The position numbers and the translations under genes were made by a program. From Lama guanicoe (lineage: Eukaryota), in the NCBI GenBank assembly GCA_013239625.1, contig MU054187.1, forward strand, positions 13,982,974 through 14,046,973: a stretch of DNA of 64,000 bases. Direction: 5' to 3'. A model generated the notes under the pieces. That model was given only the letters and a program-made list of their open reading frames with translations. It was not told the DNA's origin and ran no database searches. Positions 51,380 through 64,000 of this stretch are shown here, one piece after another; the stretch's first letter is position 1, and every line of letters starts with the position of its first letter.

Positions 51380-52229
51380 CAAGGAGGCAGCTCTCAGAGT
51401 GCAGAATGCAGTTGACAGTGTGAGTTGAAGTAACTGCGTGAAGTGTCCGTGGCACCTTCTGTGCATTTGGTAACCCAGGAAATAGAGACTACAAGCATTC
51501 AGAGGAGAGAGGCCACTGTAGCCGGGAGTGCCAAGGAAGGCTGGATTTGGGCAGATGGAGGACAGTGGAGGGAGGCAGTACCTGATGGGGTGAAGGGAAC
51601 TGACATGCCTAGCAAGCAGCGAGGGTCGCAGCCTGGCTGGAGGGGGAGTTCAAGCCAATTTAACCACCAAGGGTGAGTAATAGGGAACGGAAACATGAAA
51701 CTAGCTGGAAAACGCAGGAAAGTAAACCAGTCTTTACAAGGGCCTCAAATGTGGCTCAGTTACTGCTTCCTCACACTACGCTGGGGATGAGTCCCAGTGA
51801 CACATGATTAACAAACCACTGATACCTGTTTTTCGAGAGTAATATGTGTGGATCTTTATTTTCCTCTTGCTCACTTCCCTGCATTCACTTCAGCTCAGCT
51901 AAGTGGGAGAGGTGGCCTCTTAGGAGGTTGGTAGCTGTTAAGAAAAGTCCCATTTAGGGAATTCTTGATTCATTTGCACCAAGTAGAAGAACCTTCTCCT
52001 TACGGCCATCTAAATTATGCCACGCACATGAATACACTGTTTGTAGGATGATGAAAGGAGCACCATCTAGGCACTGGAGTCACACAAAGCATAAGGAACT
52101 GGATTCTTCTCATGGCTCAACAGTAACAGATATATGATTTATGAAGTTCTCAAATAAGTATAATAATTTACACTTTTTAGCACCCTACAGTTTGCAAAGT
52201 GCTATCATGTACTTTATTTTATTTGTTCT

Positions 52230-52757
52230 TGTATTAGAATTCTCCAGAGAAACAGAACCAATAGAATATATATATACACACATAAATATATATAGGTGTG
52301 TGTATGTGTATTTATATACATATAGAGGCAGACAGACAGACAGACAGACAGACATTAAGGAGTTGGCCTCACACAATTGTGAGGATTGGCAAGTCTGAAA
52401 TCCACAGAGCAAGAGAGCAGGCTGAAAAGTCAGAGAGCAGTTGATGTTGCAGTCTTGAGATCAAAATCCACAGAGCAGGCCAGGGAGACTAGAAACTCAA
52501 GCAGGGTTTCTGTGTTACTATCTTGAGGCAGAATTCCTCCCTCTTTGGGAGACGTGTCTTCTTCTTAAGACCTTCAACTGATTGGACGAGGCCCACCCCA
52601 CGTTAGGGAGGATAATCTGTGCTTTACTCAAAGTCTATTGATGTAAACGTTAATCACATCTAAAAAAAAATACCTTCACAATCCCTTGACAGCTATTTGA
52701 TCAGACACCTGGGCAACCACAGCCTAGCCAAGTTGGCATATAAAATTAACCAGCACA
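52230..52757 (-). mobile_element. ERVL solo LTR (MLT2-like) nested in a MIR
   Basis: tgtattagaattctccagagaaacagaaccaatag...(TA)n/(GACA)n...cataaaattaaccagcaca with TG...CA ends. 5-bp TSD gttct/gtcct at 52225-52229 and 52758-52762. Confidence 0.88.
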
Positions 52758-54144
52758 GTCCTCAAAACAATGCTGTTGAGGTAAGCAAAACAAGTATTTA
52801 TTTCCTACATTTTTAATATGGGAATGCTGAGTCCCAGAAAATTTAACTGTGGTGCCAGTCCTCAAAACTAATACAGTGACCAGAACCAGGATTTTTCAGA
52901 TGTTTCAACTCTAAATCCCATACTACTCCCATCCGTCCACCACCAGGCACAGTAGAATCCTTGAATCTTTGTTTCTTTATCTATAAAGTGAGAAATGGCA
53001 TACTTCAAAGATTTCTTCTAACTTGAGTGTTCTGTGATTTTTTTTTTTTTACAGTCTAAGCAAGTTAAATGAAATCCTGTTCAACGGATACCTTCCACTA
53101 ATTCTCTTTGGTCCTCCCCACCCCGACCCCAAATCTGTCATTCACACACTAAGAAGAGCCTAAACATTTATGTTGTACTTTCTTTCAGGAGTTAGTAGAG
53201 GCAGTAATGTTTGTGTTCCACCAAGCTTGGCCCATCTCCATGTTCACTCTCAAGCTTCTAAAGACTTTGTAAGAACAAATTACCTACAAAGAGGCTGTCT
53301 AATCCTTGGAGTGGGTGTAAGATTAAAGGTGTCTCCATCTCATTGTTGCTCCTTTCATTGCAGAGTTACTATGAATAAGATTAAAGCTCCGCTCACCAGC
53401 CTTCTACCTAATGACTTGCTTCCTAAAATCTAATCTTTTAAAATAAGAAATATATCATGACTAGTGAAACAAAGCTCATTTCAGGAGATACCAAGAACAG
53501 ATTAAAACAGTATCTTCTAGTCTGAAGATAGCCCAAAGTTCTACTCTCAAAAAATTGGTTTTGCATGTGAGAATTAAAAAACCAAAGGAAGAGTTTGCTA
53601 GCACATAAGACTGGGTGTCGTCTCACATCCCTCCCCACCCGAAATGCAAGGCATTGTGCGGATTGCGGGCTGACATCAGCTTGTGTGGGGGTGACCAAGT
53701 CTTTTCACACCCCTCATTTCACAGTCCACGAATGGGCGGGTGTAGGGGTAGGGATTGAATTTCTGGGGTCCTGTCACCCACAGGTCCAAAATAAATAAAA
53801 ATCAACCGACCCTTCCAGCGATGCTCACTCTTTGCATGCGTCACGTGGGGTTAGTCTGTTAGGGATGCATGCTTATATGTGCAAATCGGAGAATCAGCAC
53901 AGAATCCCTTTTGTACTGGGAGGGCAAGGGGATCTTTGGGAGAAGAAAGGGCTGGCCGTCAACCAGCGGCCCCCAGCCTTAGACGAGAGCATTTTGTGTT
54001 CAAGGAACATGAGATGGTAGAGCTGCAAACCGCCCAAGACACTTCTTCCTCTGGTGCAAATCACAGGGTTTATACTCTGGTTTGCTTCATCCAGTAGTCT
54101 TCTTGGGAAATAGCTAGAAATAGAAGATGGGTAAAGAATAGAAG

Positions 54145-54367
54145 ATTTATAAATGTGTAACTGAATCACCATGCTGTACACCAGAAATTAACACAACATT
54201 GTAAACCAACTATACTTCAATTTAAAAAAATTTTTTATGAAAATGAATATATGTATGTATATGTAAGACTGAGACATTGTACTGTACACCAGACATTGAT
54301 ACATTGTAATTGACTGTACTTCTAATTGACTGTAATTCAATTAAAAAGTTTTTTTAATAAAAAAAAT
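54145..54367 (+). mobile_element. Two tandem LINE-1 3' termini
   Basis: ctgaatcaccatgctgtacaccagaaattaacacaacattgtaaaccaactatacttc with an A tail, then a second subfamily end gactgagacattgtactgtacaccagacattgatacattgtaattgactgtacttc with an A tail. Confidence 0.8.
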
Positions 54368-54569
54368 GTTTTTAATGAGCTCCAGTTTTCTGGGTTTGGC
54401 ATGCAAACAACTGGTTAGGTGATAGAATATGCTTGAAAGTGTTGAAAATATGAACATTACATAGGTCTGCAATTGTATTTAAATGGGAGATAAGCAATTT
54501 GAGTTCTTTATTCCCTCCCAGTGCTGGCCAAGGTTGCTTTTTCCAGACCCATCTCCAGCATGTCTTACA

Positions 54570-54760
54570 CTTTAATCATTTACATTGTATAGATGCTTCA
54601 TGTGCTCGATCTAGTCTGACCCTCAACAACCCTCGGAGGCAGGTGAGGCAAATGTGAGGCACCGCAGTTTGCAGATGAGGGCGCTGGGGTTCGGAGAGGC
54701 AACAGGCTTGTCCGTGTGGCCAGGTGGAGGCAGAGCCATGTGTTTTAATTCTTTGCTCTG
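54570..54760 (-). mobile_element. MIR
   Basis: cctcaacaaccctcggaggcagg...cagtttgcagatgagggcgctggggttcggagagg. Confidence 0.65.
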
Positions 54761-55721
54761 TGTTCCTTTCACCACCCACTATCTTCAAAGGATATAAAAT
54801 CAACAAGTTGGGAAATAGAGGCAAATCTCCAACTGGCCTTACTTCTCTCACAAAGAGAAATTAGCATAACCAATTGCTAATTGGGGACCCATTACCGCGC
54901 GTACTGGGAACCCCATTCTTAACTCCATGTGATCCTCTGAATGTCTGGATCTAAGAGAAGAATTAAATCGTTATCCAGGCAATTCAAAAGGGAAGAGAAG
55001 TTTTATCCGGAAAGAACATGTATCCCCAGTAATTAAATGCTTGGAACAGACAAAGTGTGATGTTTTTCGAAGCTTTCCCATTTGAATTTTTTATTTCATA
55101 AGCAACAAACTGTATTTTGGCAATTCATCCAAAATGACAGGATCAATTGTGATTTGTCCTTGGTTTGGCTTGCAGACGTGACTGGAATTAGCAAAATATC
55201 TTTGTTTAGAAAGAATCTCCAATGTTAGAGGTGAGAGGAGCCTTGGGGATGATCTAATCCAAATCTCCAAGGGGGCTGGCTGATGTTACACAGATAATTG
55301 TTTGAAATTTCCGCTTCATTTGCCAGGTACAAACACAAGTCTGTTTGCTGGAGCCGAGAGAAACAGCCAGCTCTGGAGGCCAGTTATTAGAGGTGGCAGG
55401 ATTAAAAACCTAACTTGTGCACAGTTAAGATAAACGAAGCAATACCTAAATGCCATTTGGGTTTGCTGTATTAAAGTAAACATCCAAGTTTAGAAGTGTA
55501 TCCTGTAGCTTAGAGCAAAATTTTCACATTTGCTCTTTTATTGTGTTAGGAAAAAAAGAATTCTACAATAAGACAGTAACCTTGCATTTGGCTTACTGCA
55601 TCACACATCATCCTTGGTATATACTGAATAATTTGCCTAAAGTATTGTCTTTCTGGGAGAACTCACAAGATATTTAAAGCTTCACAAGAAGCTTCACAAG
55701 ATATTTAAAATAAGCCATTCC

Positions 55722-55837
55722 AGGGTGTTGAGTATAACTCAGCGGTAGAGTGCATGCTTAGCACGCACGAGGCCTGGGTTCAATCCCCAGCACCTCCATT
55801 AAAAGCAATAATAGTAATAACAATAGTAGTAAAAGAA
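55722..55837 (+). mobile_element. tRNA-derived SINE (short-tail variant)
   Basis: GTATAACTCAGCGGTAGAGTGCATGCTTAGCACGCACGAGGCCTGGGTTCAATCCCCAGCACCTCC. Perfect 15-bp TSD aaaataagccattcc at 55707-55721 and 55838-55852. Confidence 0.9.
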
Positions 55838-57569
55838 AAAATAAGCCATTCCTTTACATCGAGAGCAAATGGGTTTTGACAGATTGAATTTGAACATGAC
55901 ACAGAAAATAATGCACCTCAGTACCTTATGGTTTCTTTAACATGACTTGGGGGTGACTGCGGAGTTGCCGAGGGCTTGAGAGTTTGGGGGAGAATTTAGT
56001 AATTCTTTTTCTTCAGTAATGTACTTCAAATCACAGTGGGCAGGTACTAAATTTTCAGGTGTTAAAAGTAGCTGTATTCATTAAGTTGCCAGAGCCTAGA
56101 CCCTAGGCTGTGGTAGAACTGAGTGATGTTTCATTATTTCCCAAAATTAGCTGTCAAAGAAAAATGACCTCCAACCTAGCTCGGATTGTGGAGTCAAGGA
56201 AAACTGAAGGCCCACCTTGGGTCTTCCACTGTGTTCTTTGTCTGAGAGGCTGGGCACTAATAGAATGGTCTCACTTCATTTCTACTTCTCTCCGTGCTCT
56301 TGGAAGTGATAAACATCAGTAAAATATATCCAAACTGGGCAGGTGCACAGCTAAAAAGATACAGAAAATCTAGAATGTGGATTATCAGCACAAGAATGAT
56401 GATGCCCGTACTTGAAATGCCCAAAGGTGTCTTGGCAATAGTGTGACCTCCTAGAAAACACAGAGGGACCTGGTTCCTGACGGTAAGATCGTAAAAGTGG
56501 GTGGAATGTGACCAGTGCTCCCTGAGAATATTTTAGCAACAGAATATTGTAAATATGCCCCTTCCACTGGCCTCTGAAGGTAGAGGTTCTAGGCGAGCAC
56601 TCCCAACTTGTCCTTAATAGACCCTCTCAATCCATTTTCCGTGGGTATAGCTAAACCCTCCTGAGGGAGTTTCTAGCTTCAGCCTTCACAGTCTCATAGA
56701 GGAGACGAAGAGAACCTTTATTCTACTTTTATTCATTGAGCCACATTTTTAAAGGAAATTCTAAAGTATACTCAAGTCAAAAGTACTCGGCGAAGTTCTG
56801 TGTAAGAAAAAATACATAAAACTCAAATAATGAAGTATTATTCTTTAAGTTAAGGAACCATAAACCTTTACTTAACATCTGCAGCACATTCTGACACAAA
56901 CCATGGTTTTCCTCTAAAGCGATTTAAGAGGAAAGATGAGAGCTGGAAGAAACAAGAAGAAAAAACAATGAGAAACATAAAGAAGGCGGATGAGGACAAC
57001 AGAGCAAGATCAAGGAGAATAACCCAGAAGCAGAGAAACTCAGGATAAAGGGAAGGGTCCAAAAGTTCAGAAGTCCTGGTGTCACTTATAGATAAACTAA
57101 TTTTCAGTCTCGTGTTTACTGAGCTGTGTGGCCTCGAGATATTTAATCGCTGCCTTCTGAAGTGTTTACTAGATGCGGAATCATTAAAGTGAAACAGTCC
57201 CTGTCAAGATATTTTTCGCAGAGCTACAAGTAATTACTGAGACCAGTGACACCTCCCAAGGTCATTGCCCATCAGATGAAACCAAGCCAGACCTAACCTA
57301 GGAAAGAGAAGTTTCCTGCTTCACCAAGAATTGTGTGTTCCAGATGCACAGTCTTTGCTAAGCAAAGAAGTGCTTCCATCCATTGCCCTCAAGCCTTAAA
57401 CTTCATGCTTTGTCTTATCAGTCTAGAACACTGGCTTCGGGGGAGGAAATCCCTGCCTGGGCTGTCTACGCCCGGCATGGTTTTACAGATATCCCACGTA
57501 TCTGTTCTTGCTCTTCGTCTTTCCAGACTGAGGTCTGGTTCATTTCGGCCTTGAATCCTATGAGTCATT

Positions 57570-57770
57570 TTCATTTATATAAAGATGTCTGTGTGCCATG
57601 TAATCTCCACACTGGCCGTGAAATAACTACAAGTGTTGTGCTCATTCAACAGATCTGTAAACTGAGACACAGAGAGGTTAAGTAACTTTCCCAAAGTCAC
57701 ACAGTAAGTGATAAAGCCAAGCTCAGAAGTCAGAATGACTGACTCCAAAATTCAGTCACTTGACCCTCCT
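57570..57770 (-). mobile_element. MIR
   Basis: cattcaacagatctgtaaactgagacacagagaggttaagtaactttcccaaagtcacacag...tgactccaaa. Confidence 0.75.
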
Positions 57771-58500
57771 TTGACTTGTTATTGAGTGCTTTCTGGCTCC
57801 ATCGTGCTGCCGTTCCTCTGCCCGAGATGTCTGCCCTGGAACTTAAATCATCCTGGACAGTCTTCAAGTTCTTCTTTGTGAAACCTTCCTTGACTGAACG
57901 AAGTTAGCTCAAAGTCTTCCTCTCCCACATGAGGCTGGCCAGAAGTCCACACATCGCAGGATGAAGGCTCCCCTGACTTGGGTCTGCCGTCAGTGCTTAC
58001 CACGCAAACCGTATTTGTTCTATAGGAAGCATTGTTGTACTGAGGCCATATTATCTCTTCATGTGTAGCTCTGCATTCTTGTTTCCAGTTGTAGAATGAA
58101 AATTCTGGAAATCATGAATTTTTTCTAGCTTCTGTTACATGGATGGCAATGAATTCACTTAAGAAAACCCAAACTGTGTGGTTAAGAGAGAAAAATTACA
58201 AATAACTAAGAGAGGAGAAATGATTATTGCACCTAAATTATTCCAAATTTGCCTAAGAACGGATGGGCAAGGAGGAGAGGAGAATGGACATTTTTCAAAT
58301 AGCTTGGGCCCTAGAATGTAAATGTGTACTGCATTAGGCTTCTAAGGGAAACGAACTCATAAAAAGTGAATGTATTTGTATTAGTTAGGAGGTTGGGGGT
58401 TGTAAAGGGACCTTCTTGGAACGCATCTGAGCGATACACATTATTTAAAGCAAGGTGGACCCATCTGTCTCCTGGCTGCCTAAACAGACTAAGATGACTT

Positions 58501-60688
<2,188 letters not shown>

Positions 60689-60930
60689 CTAGTTACGAAA
60701 GCAATAAAAAAAAAAACTTGTTTCTTAAAAATGCGATTAATAATACCTGTGAACTAAAACATGGGAAGCCCCTCCCTCCCAAAAAAGTGCATAAAATGTT
60801 ATTTTTGCATGGCATGAACAGTTTAGTTTAAGTACTGTTTAAATAAAGAATCAAGACTGCATTTTGTAACAAACAAACAAAAATGACTGAAGAATAGTGA
60901 ACAAATAAAGAAAGCTCTATTAGGAACCAG
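60689..60930 (+). other. KCNB2: KCNB2 proximal 3' UTR
   Basis: AU-rich sequence after the stop codon, with AATAAA at 60703-60708, 60842-60847 and 60904-60909. The 3' end is inferred, not observed. Confidence 0.65.
60904..60909 (+). terminator. Candidate polyadenylation signal AATAAA (alternatives at 60703 and 60842)
   Basis: Canonical hexamer followed by U-rich sequence (tgtctgacatttttgatcctttcattt) about 30-60 nt downstream. Confidence 0.55.
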
Positions 60931-61852
60931 TATTCTGCAATGTCTGACATTTTTGATCCTTTCATTTCAGATTGTAGACAGAGTTTCAACTTTGAGCTTT
61001 TCTGTTACCATGAATTTTAGAATTCGCACATGAAAGGATGAAATGTCATTGCATGCATTCACAATTGCGAGGCGCAAGGTGCTTTGAGCTTGCAAAATGC
61101 ATAACCTTGTAAATAACGGGGCCTGGGATGCAAAAGTGTCAAGAACGTACGGAAACAAGTTTCTGAGACACAGGCACTTCCTTCACAGCTACTGCCTGGA
61201 GGAGCTGTACAGACTTCTTGTTGCACAATTGCAACCTCTTCTTAAACCATCTCACATATCTTGCTTTGGGTTATAAAGCTCTTACAAGTACATTTGTTAA
61301 AAGGAATACAGTATTTTTATTGACTTGTGATATAACTCATAGGGTGCATTTTTCTTTTTTGCTTCTGCTTAATTGTGGCATTTGTGGTTTTATTTCTAAA
61401 TCATGAAAATAGGCAAGATGTAATGACCAGATATCCAAAATTTTGGAATTGAAGCTTGAAATTTTGCCCGTCAATTATATCAATAATTTCATGGGGGAAA
61501 AAAGTGTATAACATGCCACAGCCTGTTACAGAAATGTAGTTTTTTAAAACCTGAACATATTTAAAAGCTTATACATCTAAACTTTTTTTAATGGCACTCC
61601 ACATTTGGAAATCAGTTCTTAAAAAAAAATGTACATTGGTCATCTAAAGATGACTGTATTTTCCACTTGTATCCAACGTAACCTTTTCTGTCTATAGATC
61701 TAAAGATAATGTAAATATGCCAAAATGGGAATTCCAAAAAGTTTGACTTTTGGCAAACTAAAAGCAGAGCTATTTAAGTGAGACTGACACCCAACTCTCC
61801 GTAGATAGAGCTGGGTTCGGAAATGAGTTGACATAAAAAGAACCCTGACTTG

Positions 61853-61988
61853 GGGGGAGGGTATAGCTCAGGGGTAGAGCACGTGCTTAGCATGCAAGAG
61901 GTCCTGGGTTCAATTCCCTAGTACCAATTCAATTTACGTAAATAAACCTAATTACCTCTTCCCCACCCCCGCTCCGACCCAACGCCAA
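61853..61988 (+). mobile_element. tRNA-derived SINE (Vic-1-like)
   Basis: GGGGGAGGGTATAGCTCAGGGGTAGAGCACGTGCTTAGCATGCAAGAGGTCCTGGGTTCAATTCC. Perfect 18-bp TSD aaaaagaaccctgacttg at 61835-61852 and 61989-62006. Confidence 0.9.
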
Positions 61989-64000
61989 AAAAAGAACCCT
62001 GACTTGATAATGGCCCCCAGTGGGGAGGGAACACTGCCACGTGGAGAGGGCCGCCAATGTCAGTAGCACCATCAGTAATGGCAGTCACTGCAGCATCTAA
62101 AACGCCCCCTCACCTTTCCAAGGCCCCCAGGAGGTGGTCAGGATTACCCTTGTTGAAAGCAATACTTCTAGCATTTTCCACTGAGAACAGTAAAATCCAG
62201 AGCAGTTAGGGTAGTTGCTGGCGGTTGCCCTGATGGTGAAAACTCTTCTAAAACCCAGGTCATTTGGATCCACTTCGCCTCACAGGAAATCAAGGGTCAG
62301 ACTCAGATATGCAATTGCCTGATGTGTGATCCTGGATGAGCCTTGAAAACCTATCTTTGTCTCTGTTTTACCCCAATAAAAGCCAAGACAAATTATTTAT
62401 AAGCTACCTTATGACTTCAGACTAATATGATTCGTGGGAACGTCCAAGTTTTGTCTCCTCAGAATGCATTTTGTATGTAGGTGTGGGTGTGCGGGTGGGT
62501 GTGGGTGTATAGTTCAGGGTAATAGGAAAGTTCTGGGCCAAATTTAAAGCACAACCTTTTGTTTATGGAGAAAAAATCTAACTTTTATTCTATTTTTAAA
62601 AGAAAAAAACACACTGGAAAAAGACAACCCAAATATTTAGACTCTTACTTAAGGCTCTAAGGAATAACATGTCTTTATTAACAAAATCTGGTCATTATAT
62701 CTCAGATAAGAAAACAAGTTTTGATCTTAGTTGAAATCCACACAACTCTACTGCTAAAAATAATCTTAAACATTTCTTTCTCACTGTGCTTAGAATTTCT
62801 TGATGGTTTTATGTTTGTTTCAAAATACAACCTTTAAGAGTTTATGATCATTAATCATTGATATTTACATTACTCATACTTATTTCAGTGTCTGAAACTA
62901 ATTGTTGATCAGTTTTTGTAAATCTAGAGTGTCTGAATTTTCTATATATAGTTTTTCAAGGAAACAGATATATCTGCTGTTAGAGGAATAGCAAATAAGT
63001 CATGAAAATTATTTTCTTTACATAGTCTCACGAAGCAATTATTTTCTAATGTCTCTGTATTGATGAATCTCAGTTTTTTTTAATTTATCTGATAGTTTAT
63101 TAATAATACTACCTTTCATGTGTCCATTAGGCCTTCTACTGAGAACTTTGCTCCAGAATGCTGAATATTAGAAATCTTTCCTAGATAAGAAATCCTAGAC
63201 ATTCCTCCTGAAAGCGTTATCCTTAAAAACATTTTCCCGTGTAATATTTTTCAAGTTTTAAAGAATTTTCAAGAACATCCTATGGAAAGTTTAACCTTCA
63301 ATTCTTCTTAGCCCCTCTGAGCCAAAAGTCTTCAGCTAGGAAAAAATAAAATAAAATGCTCCTCTAAAAAAAGAAAAAGCTTTGACTTTATTGTTTCACA
63401 GGGAAGCACTGTGGGAACCGAGGGCTCCCAGAATGCACTTGTGCAGAGCTTCCTAAACCTTTTCAGTGAACTTCACCTAATGCAGAGATAAAGTTGTCTG
63501 CCTGGAGTGGTCTGGGAACATACCAAGCACAGGGTTCCTTCAAAATCTGATGTTTTACGGTAAAAAGTCATGAAAATTCTGCATTTTCCTAACATAGGTT
63601 TCCATGTAAAAGAAATGATGTTTTCTTTTCCTTATCAACTAGTAAAATTGATAGTCTTTTAACTTCAAATACCTCTTTTATACCCCCTGGAAAACACATC
63701 CCCAGTTTGAGAAGCACTGCATGAGTGGTGGGGACGTAAGCTGGCTCCCTGAGGGACCCTGGAGGTTTCTGCTGCTGGGAGGGCACCCTCATTGTCACCT
63801 AGCTCAGTAACCAGGGACAGATGTCAAAGAGGAAAGACGATTTGCATGAACTCAAAATAACACAGTCTCAGGAATGGTTAATTCACTTCTGCTGGTTATC
63901 TTAATAACAAAGGCAAATTGCTACAAGATTGTTTTAGCTCAAAGATTGAGCTTAATTTTAAGAGGATAGAAATGGGCTGCATGGATGTATGTCTTAGGCT

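Overview
Eukaryotic (mammalian) DNA, most likely a camelid: it carries six copies of a tRNA-Ala-like SINE resembling camelid Vic-1, plus young artiodactyl-type L1 3' ends. Bases 1-58528 are the 3' part of the very long last intron of KCNB2 (Kv2.2 voltage-gated K+ channel, + strand). The large terminal coding exon runs 58529-60688 and encodes S1-S6, the pore and the whole C-terminus with the PRC/FFAT motif. The 3' UTR and downstream region follow. The intron holds ordinary eutherian interspersed repeats (L1, L2, MIR, MLT1/MLT2, MER5, MER53, MER102, Tigger). Family names are from memory, not a database search, and boundaries of old repeats are approximate. I found no prokaryotic-type system, no RNA gene and no convincingly new biological system. 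The most notable observations are: (1) the six N runs behave as length-preserving masks rather than assembly gaps; (2) a young, near-identical inverted L1 pair about 2 kb apart; (3) an ERV-derived fragment apparently mobilised by L1 (16-bp TSD and poly(A)); (4) a composite L1 insertion resembling a 3' transduction; (5) a candidate non-canonical REST site; (6) a possible extended 3' UTR ending in a lineage-specific SINE.
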